Shown here: one piece after another, positions 1 to 11,692 of the stretch
Position numbering within the stretch: the stretch's first letter is position 1
Layout of the letters: every line of letters starts with the position of its first letter
DNA from: Schizochytrium sp. TIO01
Taxonomy: Eukaryota > Protista > Bigyra: Labyrinthulomycetes
Length of the DNA: 64,000 bases
Direction: 5' to 3'
NCBI GenBank assembly: GCA_004764695.1
Contig: SMSO01000032.1
Location: 5,612,483 to 5,676,482, forward strand
The notes under the pieces: model-generated
Database searches by the model: none
Told to the model about the DNA's origin: nothing
The model's input: only the letters and a program-made list of their open reading frames with translations
Made by a program: the position numbers and the translations under genes

Positions 1-728
1 GTGGTGCTTCAATGATCAAGTTTCAACGGATCTTTCGATGTGACTATTTAGTGTTGTCCTTTTCAAACTAGAAGGCCAGACAGGCAGTATTGCATCGCGC
101 GTGGAAAAAAAAGGAGGAGTTAGAGTGTGCGTTCTCAATCACAGTTGGTATGTAAAGTCACTATTGGCTCCGTTGAGAATCAAAAGAGTGTAGGTATTAA
201 CTAGTTTAGAGCAAAAATACTATCTGCGAGCTGGTGTTAGAGAAACTCATGCGGTTGATATAGCCTTTAAGTAATAGGCAGGTATTCACTCTACATAAAA
301 AGCTAACATCGACATCTGTCTATGTTTTCCTATACTCGTACCGCTGCTACTTGATCCATACAAGTAGTGCGCGCAATCTGTATTTGGTTCCTCTGTATTA
401 TTGGTTTGCACTCCTTGATCGCCCTTTTATCAATCATATATGTATGCTCTTCCTTCCTTTAAAAGAGGGGATACGCATAGAACAGTTCAGAGTGCCAGGA
501 AAGGCAAGCAAGAGCAAGGGTAACTGCGGCAGATACCTGGCTGGGAGGTGAGGGTCCCGTTAGATCAAGCTAGTCTTGCTTGGCCGGATTAGCCAGGCAA
601 ACTTGTACACGTGGCACTGAAGGATCCCGAACGACCCTGGGGTTAACGTCCAGCCGCCTGTATAGTTTGACATCTGAACAGAATTATAATTCTGCTGTGC
701 CGCTATTTGAATAGCGTCACTTTGCGTG

Positions 729-1919
729 ATGCCTGAGTCAGGCGACGACAATGAAGGCAGAGGTTCGCCGGCAGGCCTCCGAGGTCTAAATAGCTTTAGT
801 AAGGGTCTAGGCACTTCGTTTCGCAGCCAGATGAGGCGCCAGATGCAATCCCCGCCTCCATCGCAACCAATGTCTCCTCAGGCTGGGAGCATTTACGAAG
901 ATATTGAAACTGATGTTAACCCCAAAGATGAGATGACCAAAGCCGTAGCACTGGAAGGTGGTTATGCTCGCCTATTGAATGGAGAAAACTTTTATCCGCT
1001 CATCTCTGGAGTACTGGCTGTGAAAGTCGTACACGGAGAGTTAGTACATGGAGTTTACCAAGAAAATAACCTTATTATTGTTCGGATTCGCGTCCGTAAC
1101 TCAATCAAGTACACTGACCAAGCCAAATACTGGGGGTCTAAACTAACGTGGGCAGCCATGTCATATTTTCCCATGCACATAGTTCATAATCCGCGACATC
1201 CATTCAATTTGGTACAAATCGATGTGTTACAAATTCCTGCCCACCAGTCTTTTTCTATGGCAACGAAAGACCCCGCAAACATCATTGGGTCAATTCCATT
1301 TCATGTGCACGATCTTGTGCGAGGATCGCCCAGCAATGGAAACTACACTGTTATGCAGAATCACCGGAACGTGGGATCTTTGACGCTTGAATTCTACTTT
1401 ACATACGGTAGCTTAGGATTTGGCTACTCTTCACAGATGAACTCTGAAGAATCACCAGAAACAATACTAGAATATTCAATGCTGCCTCGGTGCAAACCAG
1501 AAGCACATTGCGACGATTGGAGTCAGACGCTTTCCGTGCCGAGCCGCGAAGCTTATGGCGAAATTCTCGACGAAAAAACCCACAGGAAAAAATTTCCCCT
1601 TGTCCATGCACGCATGAAACGATTTTACGAATTACGAGAGCACTATAAAGATATTGATCAGCACTCACGGATCGACCGGCTTGTCTTTCTCCATAAACAG
1701 CTCAATGACACAACCTTGAATGAATCAAAATGCACCCCCCCTGTGTTTGACCATGTTATGGAGGTGACGTCTACTAAAGCACCTTCCTTCTTTCAAAAGT
1801 TCATGCGTCCAACAATCCCAATTCAAGTCGAAAAAGCGAGACATTCAATTGGGGGTTCTCCCCTCGATGGATCACAGTCTCGTTCTAGTGGACATCATTA
1901 TAGTGATGATATTGTCTAA
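729..1919 (+). CDS. C2-domain protein, C2CD6/ALS2CR11 (CatSper-tau)-like
   Basis: 396-aa ORF from the ATG at 729. Central beta-strand pattern is C2-like (VLAVKVVHG..IIVRIRVRN..IKYT..IIGSIPFHVHDLV). It is followed by LTLEFYFTYGSLGFGYSSQM..EYSMLPR, which resembles my recollection of the C2CD6 EFxFxYGxFGYGxSxQL..SMF block. Confidence 0.55.
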   Translation: MPESGDDNEGRGSPAGLRGLNSFSKGLGTSFRSQMRRQMQSPPPSQPMSPQAGSIYEDIETDVNPKDEMTKAVALEGGYARLLNGENFYPLISGVLAVKVVHGELVHGVYQENNLIIVRIRVRNSIKYTDQAKYWGSKLTWAAMSYFPMHIVHNPRHPFNLVQIDVLQIPAHQSFSMATKDPANIIGSIPFHVHDLVRGSPSNGNYTVMQNHRNVGSLTLEFYFTYGSLGFGYSSQMNSEESPETILEYSMLPRCKPEAHCDDWSQTLSVPSREAYGEILDEKTHRKKFPLVHARMKRFYELREHYKDIDQHSRIDRLVFLHKQLNDTTLNESKCTPPVFDHVMEVTSTKAPSFFQKFMRPTIPIQVEKARHSIGGSPLDGSQSRSSGHHYSDDIV

Positions 1920-2978
1920 ATATGATTTTAATTTGTCTCACATTTATCCATACAAGTATTCAATGTTGGATTTCGATATGAACACGCATACAAACATGAA
2001 TTATGTTCATTGAATAGAATGGTTCTTTCTGTCCCATGCTTACCATAATTAATAGTGCACATCTCTTTACTCGACTACTTATAAAGAACATCTTTACACT
2101 TTCAGTAGGTCGTTTTTGCTGGCAATCGTAGTAGTATTTAGTATCCGCTTGAGCAAAGCTAACCAATAAAACATGCAGGAGAAACTGCCTGTCCCATTTA
2201 CTCCAAGCCGATATAGAAAACGGCGAGGGTATCAACCTTCTATAACTTTTGGGGTGTGCGCAGACATTTATTCATCTATGCACAACACTCAGATAAGAAG
2301 CCACCCGGAAGTTCAGGTGTCTAGGTGTCTAGTAACCTCTACTTCTTTCTTCTTCTCTTCCTCGGTGCCCTCGCCGTTACAGCGCCCTAGCTAGCTGGAC
2401 CTTTTACCCTTTCCAGAAATCTCTCTCCGCATCCGATCTCGTTCTCGTTTACCACACACTGCTCAAGGTCATCTTTGAACGTCTTTAGTGCCGTGCCTGT
2501 TGGCTTTACCACGGTGCTGAAGCAAAACCATTCCAAGTGTTACATGGCATCAAAGCTTGTGTCAGAGTCTTTATTTATCAATAATAATAATAAATGAACC
2601 AAAAAGAGAGTCTACTAGTAGCACTTACCTACCTACTTGCCTATGAGGTGCCAAGGACTTCTATCTAGGGTATATGGCCGGTAGGATGTGATACGGGTGT
2701 CCCGAGTGGCACAATGTACCAAACTGTGCCTCCTGGTTCACCATGGCGCTGCATCGATCGAGGAGATAGTATATTGATTGATCAAGAAGTATGTTATGGA
2801 AGTGACCATCGCAAACCAGAGACCACGTTGAGGGTAAATCCTCCAGCAATAACGTTTGGACAGCCACCCTGCTGACACAGTTCTTGTGTCGCGCTTCGGC
2901 GCGTGGATCTTGACTCAATCGTTCTGGACAAAGAGTAGAGTATTCAACGTCTGAGTGCGTCGGGTAGTGTTACTGAAA

Positions 2979-5900
2979 ATGCCTGAAATCCTACCTGGTG
3001 CATCGGGTTCAACGAGCCGTGAAGATGGACACAACAGTAATAAAGAAGCCTCGGGGAAACAAGACAAGCAGCATCACCATCGAAGAGCGTCATTTCTCCC
3101 TGTTGCAGCAACTTTGACTTCTACATTGGCAAGTGCGTTGCCTCGAAAGGAGCCTAAACGAACAACAGGCGAGGTTCTGCGTAATACATACAAAGGAAGC
3201 TACAGCGCGTTTGGTACAGGCCCAACCAATGCAGTTGCATCAACGAAATATACTCGTTGGACGTTTTTCCCTAAAGCTCTGGCATTACAATTCCGCAAAG
3301 CTGGAAATGTTTACTTTGCGGTAGTTATTCTACTCATGCTGCTTGGAAAATATACCTTTCTATTCGATACCTCGATTGCGCCATGGGGCCAAATGCTCAT
3401 GCTAACCATTATTTGTGCGTTCAACATGCTCGCAGAGGGCTTTGATGACTATGCACGTTTGCGACGGGACCATGCCACCAATTCTGCAGAGACTCATGTT
3501 TTGTCTGAAAGGATCTGTTCTTTCGAAAGACGCACATGGGGCTCAATACAGCGAGGGCAGATAATCAAACTATACAAGGGAGAGGTGGTCCCAGCTGATA
3601 TCGTCATTCTTGTGTCAAGTCACGCTTTTGCTGATCCATGTGTCTTTGTCGAAACCTCAAATATAGATGGAGAGACTTATTTGAAACGTGCGTTCACCGT
3701 TCCACAACTGGTGAAGGCTGTTACGGGAAGAGATCCGGATGACACAGATGGATTGGACTACCTCGAGGAAATCAAAGCCGATCCAGTCAGTCTGGTGACA
3801 ACGTTGAAGGGAAGTAAAATGAATTATGATGCTCCCTCACCTTCATTGACATCTATGCAAGGCGAAATTGAGGTTCGCGGGGAAGTGATATCTTTCCAAG
3901 CTCGAAACATGCTTTTTCGGGGGTCCGTTGTACGCAACGTGAAATGGGTCATTGGAATTGTACTATACACTGGAAAGGAAACGAAAGTGCTTATGGCTGA
4001 CCATGGCAGCGTGGTAAAGCAATCTAAAGCGGAGCGGTCTATTAATAGGATTATTGGTACTGTGCTAGTATTTTTAGTCTTCCTGATTCTACTTTCAGAG
4101 CTGTTGTTCTTTGTAAGCCCGTGGGTGAGGATGCGGGAATTGTGGTACTTGCGGTTCAGTACAGAAGAACGAATTTCACAATTTCCTACATGGCTTGCAC
4201 AGATTTGTCAGTGTCTTATTCTGTATAAGAATCTACTTCCCATCTTGCTTTATGCTGTTCAAGAAGGGCTTTCCCAAATGCAAGCCAATGTGTTTATTTG
4301 CAATGATTTAAATATGTATTGCCCAGATAAAGATCGAGGTGCACAATGCAACACTACTTCGCTCGCTCAAGAAATTGGTCAAGTTGACTGGATATTTACT
4401 GACAAGACAGGTACTTTGACAAAAAACGAAATGCGTTTGATCAGTTTTGCTGTTGGTAAAAATTCATATGGCGCAGAGAACAGAGAAGCAGTAGCTGCGC
4501 TTGAGAAGCATACATCTGGTGTTGGAGCGCGGCCACTTTCAGCCGCCGAAGTGACGCGTCAGATTTTTGAAAAGTTTTTACAAAGCACCGAGTCTATGCG
4601 CACAGCTGACCCTGAACATTTACAAGAGATCGAACATTTCCTTAGAGTACTAGCAGTGTGTCATACTGTTTTGATTGACCCAGATAACTCTGTAGAAGTC
4701 GATATTCGGGCAGTGCGTTCGATTGATGGAGCAGAAGATGCAACCTATGAAAGAGTTGATGCGAATGGCCGTGCAGACCCAACAGTGCGCATTCGCAAAG
4801 CTTACGCTGTACCTTCAAAGGAAGACTTTGTAGCTACTGAAAGGAAGAGCTCTTCCCGATTCATTGACAAAGCAAGTAGCTTGAAGTCGAACTCTCAAAC
4901 AAAGTGGTCATCAATTAGCGAACAAGTTATTTATGATGCTGAAAGCCCAGATGAAGAGGCTTTGGTATCTGGCGCAGCTGCACTTGGCGTGGAGTTTGTT
5001 GCTACCGAGGGTCAAAATATTGTCTGTCTCATGTGCAAGCAACTGGGTTTACCATCTCATATTTTTGAGAAATGGCAGGTGCTTGCTGTTAACCCATTTA
5101 CTAGCAAACGAAAGCGTATGTCGATTGTAGTGCGCGAGCCTACCGGAGCTCGCCGCATCATGCTGTTTTGCAAAGGAGCTGATAATCAAGTTTTAGATGT
5201 AACAACCCGATTCTCTGGTGGAATGTCACTTGATGCCATCCAGGAACGTTTGAGGGAATACGCCAGTGGTGGCCTGCGTACACTAGTCATCGCACAACGT
5301 ATCCTTGACCCTACCACTCTGCAGGACTGGCTTGAAAACCACTTTTCTCCAGCAGTGAACCAGATAGATAACACAGTACGCCAAGAGAGCATGCATGACG
5401 CTGCCTGCGTTATCGAACAGGATCTTGAGTACCTCGGCATCACATGTGTGGAGGATAGGTTGCAAGAAGCAGTACCTGAGTCGATTAGCACTTTACGTAA
5501 GGCAGGGATTCCTCTATGGGTGATTACAGGCGATAAGGTCGAAACAGCTATTGATATTGGTCTCTCCGTGAACCTCATAGATGACCCTGAGAAGGCATGG
5601 TACCTTACGACTAAAAGAGTTGGGAGTTCAACGGAGGAGATCCACCAAGAGATCCGTAAGCTTCTACAAAAAAACAAAGCTTTCAGCAACTACGGCGGAT
5701 CGAAAACCCTTTCGCAACTAAATCTTTTAGACACCAGCGCTGGTTCCAAATCACGAAGCACAACGTGGTCAGAACGCTTTCGGGAGACACTAGGTTCGGT
5801 TATTGGGTTCGGATTCCTCGAGGCAGAGAATAAACCTCGTCGGTCATTGAAGGCCAACATGTCATCCAAGGCTCTTGTTGTAGAAGGTGAAATTTTGAAG

Positions 5901-7082
5901 CATTTTCTAGGTGAGGCTGACCAGGAGAAACTTCAACTAGACTTCCTTGAGCTTGCCCAGCGTTGTGGCGTAGTAATTGCTTGCCGCGCCTCCCCGGCAC
6001 AAAAGGCTCTGCTTGTTAAACTCGTGATGGACAAGGTCCACCCACGTCCAACTACTTTGGCAATTGGTGACGGAACAAACGACGTACCCATGATTCAAGC
6101 AGCAAGTGTTGGGGTTGGTATCTCTGGCCGCGAAGGAACACATGCTACGAGCGCTGCGGACTTTTCTATAGCACGCTTTCAATTCCTAGTGCCGTTGCTT
6201 CTTGTACATGGGCGGCTTGGCTACATGCGGCTTGGCAAGGCTACACTGCTCGTTTTCTATGGCAACATAATGTTTACCTGGACTTCATTCTTAGTGGGGT
6301 GTTTTTCGATGTTCAGTGGAACAAGTGCCTTTAGCGATCTGATGCTTACTCTTGTGAATGTGTTTGTTGCTGTCCCTGTGTTTATGCTGGGCTTTTTCGA
6401 TACGGATACAATGCCCGTGTCAGATCTCATGCGAAAGCCGGAATTATATGCGCAAGGACCGGAAAATGCATACCTGAATAGTCGCACAGCAGATTTATTT
6501 TTACTGCGGGGCATTGTTCATGCCCTCATTGCATTTCCTTTAATTGCTTATGGTCGTCCGGAGAGTTCACTTGATGGTATCACCACAAGATTTTACGTGT
6601 GCCTCGTTTTTATTCTCACCCTACGCCAAGGTCTGTCTGCATCAGTGTACACTTGGCCTCTCGTGCTCAGCATGATTTTTAATCTCGGTTTCGTAATGAT
6701 GGTTTCTGCTTTAGTGGACGTTCGAGCGGTCTCCATGGCTTTATTGTTCCAGCAAAATGCGCGTGTATCATGGAACATCACCTGGACAATCATCTTCCTC
6801 ATTGGCTTACTTGATGTGATTGCGCCACTTGCTTGGTATATTACCCGGACGTTGTTTCTTGATGATGAAGGTGGTAAGGCCTTACTTTCACCTCGTTCCA
6901 GACTCCCACAGATCTTTGCTTCCGTTGAAGACGACCAGAAGGATAATATGCAACACCCAAACAGCCAGTTTACAGATCCAAGTGAACATACCATTCAGGC
7001 CAAACCATCTTCTTCCTCGTCCTCCTCCTTATCAGGCAGTAAACATCATGCAGAGAAGTATGTCGCGGTGGCGCCGATTTAA
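2979..7082 (+). CDS. P4-type ATPase (phospholipid flippase)
   Basis: Motifs TKYT, ETSNIDGET, DKTGTLTKNEM (phosphorylation site), ESPDEEALV, FTSKRKRMS, KGAD, EDRLQ, TGDKVETA, CRASPAQK and GDGTNDVPMI, with TM helices. First ATG at 2979; the ORF track starts at GTG 2955. Confidence 0.95.
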   Translation: MPEILPGASGSTSREDGHNSNKEASGKQDKQHHHRRASFLPVAATLTSTLASALPRKEPKRTTGEVLRNTYKGSYSAFGTGPTNAVASTKYTRWTFFPKALALQFRKAGNVYFAVVILLMLLGKYTFLFDTSIAPWGQMLMLTIICAFNMLAEGFDDYARLRRDHATNSAETHVLSERICSFERRTWGSIQRGQIIKLYKGEVVPADIVILVSSHAFADPCVFVETSNIDGETYLKRAFTVPQLVKAVTGRDPDDTDGLDYLEEIKADPVSLVTTLKGSKMNYDAPSPSLTSMQGEIEVRGEVISFQARNMLFRGSVVRNVKWVIGIVLYTGKETKVLMADHGSVVKQSKAERSINRIIGTVLVFLVFLILLSELLFFVSPWVRMRELWYLRFSTEERISQFPTWLAQICQCLILYKNLLPILLYAVQEGLSQMQANVFICNDLNMYCPDKDRGAQCNTTSLAQEIGQVDWIFTDKTGTLTKNEMRLISFAVGKNSYGAENREAVAALEKHTSGVGARPLSAAEVTRQIFEKFLQSTESMRTADPEHLQEIEHFLRVLAVCHTVLIDPDNSVEVDIRAVRSIDGAEDATYERVDANGRADPTVRIRKAYAVPSKEDFVATERKSSSRFIDKASSLKSNSQTKWSSISEQVIYDAESPDEEALVSGAAALGVEFVATEGQNIVCLMCKQLGLPSHIFEKWQVLAVNPFTSKRKRMSIVVREPTGARRIMLFCKGADNQVLDVTTRFSGGMSLDAIQERLREYASGGLRTLVIAQRILDPTTLQDWLENHFSPAVNQIDNTVRQESMHDAACVIEQDLEYLGITCVEDRLQEAVPESISTLRKAGIPLWVITGDKVETAIDIGLSVNLIDDPEKAWYLTTKRVGSSTEEIHQEIRKLLQKNKAFSNYGGSKTLSQLNLLDTSAGSKSRSTTWSERFRETLGSVIGFGFLEAENKPRRSLKANMSSKALVVEGEILKHFLGEADQEKLQLDFLELAQRCGVVIACRASPAQKALLVKLVMDKVHPRPTTLAIGDGTNDVPMIQAASVGVGISGREGTHATSAADFSIARFQFLVPLLLVHGRLGYMRLGKATLLVFYGNIMFTWTSFLVGCFSMFSGTSAFSDLMLTLVNVFVAVPVFMLGFFDTDTMPVSDLMRKPELYAQGPENAYLNSRTADLFLLRGIVHALIAFPLIAYGRPESSLDGITTRFYVCLVFILTLRQGLSASVYTWPLVLSMIFNLGFVMMVSALVDVRAVSMALLFQQNARVSWNITWTIIFLIGLLDVIAPLAWYITRTLFLDDEGGKALLSPRSRLPQIFASVEDDQKDNMQHPNSQFTDPSEHTIQAKPSSSSSSSLSGSKHHAEKYVAVAPI

Positions 7083-8021
7083 GAATGTATGCAGCTTGTG
7101 TTTGACTAATTCGATTAAAGAGAGCGGAGGAAGGTCATGCCTCTTTTTTGAGGTTTTAATCCTGGCCCGTACCATGGAAGACTTGTCAGGACATGCTGTA
7201 AATTTGTTGAAACATAGAAGAGAAGATTCAATGGAAAAATTAAAACATAATGTGAAGTTGTTTTGTGTTGTAGTTTGTGTTGTTTTGTTGAGAAAATCCA
7301 GAACATCTTTTTCTGGTCCGGAAGTTTAAGAAGAATAATCGATCATTCGTCTAAATTCATGCATATAGTGCGCACCTCAATTACATCATTATGAATCTCT
7401 GAAAAACGTTTTCTATTACGTCAGCATTTTATAGGATTACATTGTAACCATCCGCTTATTGTATCAGGTTCCTAGGCCGGTGAAACAAATAAACAAATCA
7501 AAAAACAAATTCCTCCCAAGCACAGTTTAAGATGCTGAAAACAAAGTACAATGCCGTCTTTTATGTTGCTGTTTAGCTTTCATAACTCTCTGGCTTTGTG
7601 GTTCTGAAATTTGAGCGCTAATAGGTACCTAGGACCTACAGTGTTATTACCACAGTACCTAGCTAGCTAAGCCCTACTAATCAAACGTATAGAAAAAGGC
7701 CAAGAGAGTGCCTTGAAGCACTTCCCTCCGAGGCCACTTCTAACAAAATTCTGTTGCTTGGGTTAACATCTGGAGGCAAAGTATGTCACTTTCCGCATTC
7801 TTAAGTTAGATGCACGTAGTTTTTTACGCAGGCCAATGAATTTGAAGGCTATTCCTTTCGTTTAAGGCCCTAACTTTTGGTTAAAATGAAGAAGAACTTG
7901 GTTCTTCACGCAATAAAATCCCCACGAATCTATGCCGAGTTGACCATCTGTTGAGCATCACCTTCTATTTATTTACCCTTCAACATATCCATCGTCAAGA
8001 GATCGACCGCATTGTTTGTTC

Positions 8022-8047
8022 GATTGATTGATTGATTGATTGATTGA
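8022..8047. repeat. (GATT)n microsatellite
   Basis: Seen directly in the sequence. Confidence 0.9.
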
Positions 8048-8566
8048 TGTCTTCTTCTGCTTGTCCTTCTTTCATTGCACCTCAGTACCCATAGCACTCG
8101 CTAAGCCATCATAAGCCGACAGAGTGCAGGTTCACCGTCGGATAGTGGGTTGCCCTGTATTGTCCAGTAATTCATCACTGCATTGATTAATTCCTTTACT
8201 TTGCTCTGCTTTGCTTTTCTTTGCATTTCTCTTTCTCACTTTTCTTCTCTTTGCACTGCATTTCTTTGCTGCTTTTATAGGGGGATTGTTAAAGGGAAAT
8301 AGAGTGAAAGAGCTCTTGTCGCTTGGCTCACAGCCGCAGCAGTTCCTAATTCTCGTGAGCAGGTTGAAGCGGCCCGTCTTCTGCTGCTATCCTCGAAGGA
8401 GCATTCTTCGTCTCCTTAACTTCCATTCCTTGGGTTTTCCTGCTGTTCAATCTGTAACGTTGCCTCGAGTTGCGTTCATCAAATTGAGATTCTCGTCGAT
8501 CTCGTCGCATCCCGTCTCTTTTCGCAACTAGCTTGAAAACAGCGTCTCGAGCAGACCAAGGCCACC

Positions 8567-9844
8567 ATGGGCAACTCTTCCAGCTCTCCCGCACCAGAGG
8601 CTGCTCAGCAGCAGCAGGCGCCTGCGCAAGGCGTGTGCCCTGTCAACCATGGCGCTGCTGGCGCAGCTGCTCCCGCATCTGGGGAGTGCCCTGTGAAGCA
8701 TACAGCACCTGCGGGCGAGGCCCAAAGTGGCGGATGCCCCGTGAAGCACACAGCTCCTGCCAGTGATGCCCAAAGCGGCGGATGCCCCGTGAAGCACACG
8801 GATGCCAGTGGAAACGTTGTTTACAACGTCTACGCTCAGCCCATTGACCCGACAAACCGCATGCCATTAAACCCAAACCAGCTTCCTGCTCCTGGCCAGA
8901 CGAAGGAGCTCTCGACGGACCGTGTCCGCTCGCACATTCCTAAGGGCGGTACTGATGGTGAGACTTGGGAGTACCCTTCTCCCCAAATGTTCTACAACGC
9001 TATGCTGCGTAAGGGCAAGCTCGAAGATGATGTTGATGAGGACGATGTCGCAACGATTGTGGCAGTGCACAACAACATGAATGAGAAGACCTGGAACATG
9101 GTTGTGAACTGGGAGCAGGCCATGCACCCGGAGGACTTCAAGGCGAGCAATGGCATCAAGCTCACACGTTTTATGGGCCGCCCCGACGATATCTCGCCCA
9201 TGGCATGGTTCAAGTCGACCTTCATGGGATACCCGCGCCCCTTTGACCGCCACGACTGGATTGTCGACCGTAACGGTACCGAGGTACGCTACATCATTGA
9301 CTACTACTACGACGAGTCCAAGTCCTCGCAGGATGAGACACCCACGCTCCACGATGCCAAGTCTATCCGAAGCATCACGATGGATGCACGCCCGGCCCTC
9401 GACTCACCCCAGAGTCTCTTTGACCGCATCCGTTACCCTGTTCTCGAGCGTATGGGCCAGCTCCCGGGCCAGGCTGCCTTGGGATCCAGTGCTAGCCCCG
9501 CACAGGCTAGTCAAGAGGCAGCCCCTCTTCCTGAGGGCTCTACCAGCTTTGAGCACATGGACATGCACGATCTCAAAACCGCCTCAGACCTTATCGGTCC
9601 GGCCTGCAAGGCTTGCTTCGCCAAGGTTGACCAATGCTCATCAGAGGCTGAGTGCCAGCAAGCAAGTGTTGCCCTGACCTACTGCATGGCTGAGCTTGTA
9701 TGTGCCAAGGAGGCTGCTCGTTACAAGGCGGACTTGAACTCCGAGGAGAAGCTTGACGATATGGTGTCCTGTATGGGTCGCTTTGAAGCCAAGGCTATGG
9801 AAATTCGTGCTGCTGCTGCTGCTGCTGCTGAGAAGAAGGAGTAG
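8567..9844 (+). CDS. HCCS: Holocytochrome c synthase (cytochrome c/c1 heme lyase) with C-terminal Cys-rich extension
   Basis: Four N-terminal CPV heme-regulatory motifs. Core motifs WEYPSPQMFYNAMLRKG, VHNNMNEKTW and PFDRHDWIVDR..RYIIDYY. MGNSSS N-myristoylation-type start in a GCCACCATGG context. Strong GC3 codon bias. Confidence 0.95.
   Translation: MGNSSSSPAPEAAQQQQAPAQGVCPVNHGAAGAAAPASGECPVKHTAPAGEAQSGGCPVKHTAPASDAQSGGCPVKHTDASGNVVYNVYAQPIDPTNRMPLNPNQLPAPGQTKELSTDRVRSHIPKGGTDGETWEYPSPQMFYNAMLRKGKLEDDVDEDDVATIVAVHNNMNEKTWNMVVNWEQAMHPEDFKASNGIKLTRFMGRPDDISPMAWFKSTFMGYPRPFDRHDWIVDRNGTEVRYIIDYYYDESKSSQDETPTLHDAKSIRSITMDARPALDSPQSLFDRIRYPVLERMGQLPGQAALGSSASPAQASQEAAPLPEGSTSFEHMDMHDLKTASDLIGPACKACFAKVDQCSSEAECQQASVALTYCMAELVCAKEAARYKADLNSEEKLDDMVSCMGRFEAKAMEIRAAAAAAAEKKE
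8684..8800 (+). repeat. 48-bp coding tandem repeat (CPVKHTAPAxxAQSGG) in HCCS
   Basis: About 2.5 copies of a 16-codon unit, visible in both DNA and protein. Confidence 0.85.
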
Positions 9845-11692
9845 ATTCGATGTAGTTCTCGCATGGAGTGTACTCAATACTTGAAAACTCTTCAACATTA
9901 TGCAATATGGCGAAAGTTCATTTGCCATACTTTCTAGCTGGAACAGAGTTTGCAAGTTTTGCTTGGGTGTCGAGGCACTGCAAGCAACAATAGACGAAAG
10001 TAATGCAGCTGCCCCCTATCTTTCCCCTCTCAAAAATAAACAACAAAACGACGCAAAGAGAAATCTGAACGTCAAACGAACCAAAGAGAAAGGAAATATT
10101 TGCTCAAAAGTCATGATGAGAATAACTACTCTCTACTGTTTTAAAATCCAAAGCAGCACATATGCTCTTTCGGTGCATCTGTGTTCTACTTGAGATCTCT
10201 CCTCCTGTTTCTTCACTCAGGCCTTCGTTTTGCCGCACGTAAGAAAATAAAACGAAATAAAAGACAAACAAGGATAAGAAGCAACGTATTATGATGGGTT
10301 GTTATTAGTAGGGCTTCTATCGTAAGCTCATCACCGCAACATGTAGCAATGTAATTGCTTGCTCCCTCTGCTGCAACTATAATGTTAAAACATTTTGCAG
10401 TAGTATGCAAGCACCTGCACTCTTTGCTGCTGTTCTTGTTTTGTCTGCATCACACGAAGTATCGTGCGGCGCATACCCCCCCCCCCCCCCCTCACACACT
10501 AATTAGAAAACGTAACATCAAATTTTAAAGGTACTGTCATTTTAACGCTGTAGGATTGTTGATGGGTGATAGGTGCCTTTGGTTTGGTTGGCAAAACAGC
10601 TGCATACCACCTTACTCTGATTCGGAAACAGGCTAGATTTCCGGCAAACTCTCCTTCGTTTCCTGAAGATGATCCGAAGGTTAAAAGCAAGAAAGCAAAA
10701 GTTTTGCTACAAGATGTTTCCTTGTAGTTTTGAAGAATGAATGGGGAGAAGTCTTCAGTGAGAAAGTAAGAGATAAGAATTCAAGTCACAGGGCAGCAAC
10801 ACACAGTATAAAGTTTTAAAATGAATTGCTCATGTTCACGTTGGCAATAAATGTTACAGCAGAGGCACATGAGGATGAAGGGGATGAGAGGGGTTAACGA
10901 AGAAGAGCACACCTTCCCAGTACAGGTAGTGGAGCGAGCCATTTATTGTGAATGTTTGCCTCATTTATAAACAAATTTTTGCATCGGCGAGCTGTCTCCA
11001 ACCGTCAAATGCGACCTTTCATGGAGGACTATTTGTGCGCAGGGCAAAAGAGGCTCAACTCAAATGGGATCTGTACAGGAGAGGTCAGCTTGGGGCCTTT
11101 GCAGCGGAACTATGTGGAATATCCTGTGCGTGTTACCATGACAGAAATTTTCTGTTTATTGGTGTTATCCATGTGCTTCCTTTGGAATTAGGAATTGAGA
11201 GTCTGGATTGGTTGGCAATAACTAACGTTTGGTTGCGGGTAATGTGGTGCTGAGAAGATGAAAATTTGCAACAACCGAGCACTAGAACTACAGGTAGCAC
11301 AACGCCTCCGAGTAAGAAGCTCTCAATCGTCAGCCAAAAGAAGCAGCATGAATGCTGGCTTTTTTTTGCTTTTTTTTTTAAAGGAAAGAAGAAACGGCGG
11401 CAGGAGGAGGGCGAAGACGGAGGTATGATTTGTGTATATATGTATATCTGAGCTCCAAAGGTAGTAATCAGTTCCTCCTCATGATGGCATTTCGTACACT
11501 CGAGAAAGAAAATAAAAACAAAAAGAGGAGAAGTAAAAGGTGACCTTACTGGAGTACAGGTCATTATTAGTTTTAGCTCTGGTCATCAATGATTGCTGCG
11601 AATCATTACCCTACCGTTTTGATGCGGGGTAAAGACAGATGCCATTGATTGAAGGCCGTGACACCAGGAAGGAGCTTCGCTTGAGCGAACAT

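Noticed and set aside
8211-8531. 106-aa hydrophobic ORF upstream of HCCS
   Set aside because: TTG start; the Phe/Leu richness reflects a pyrimidine tract, likely UTR or intron.
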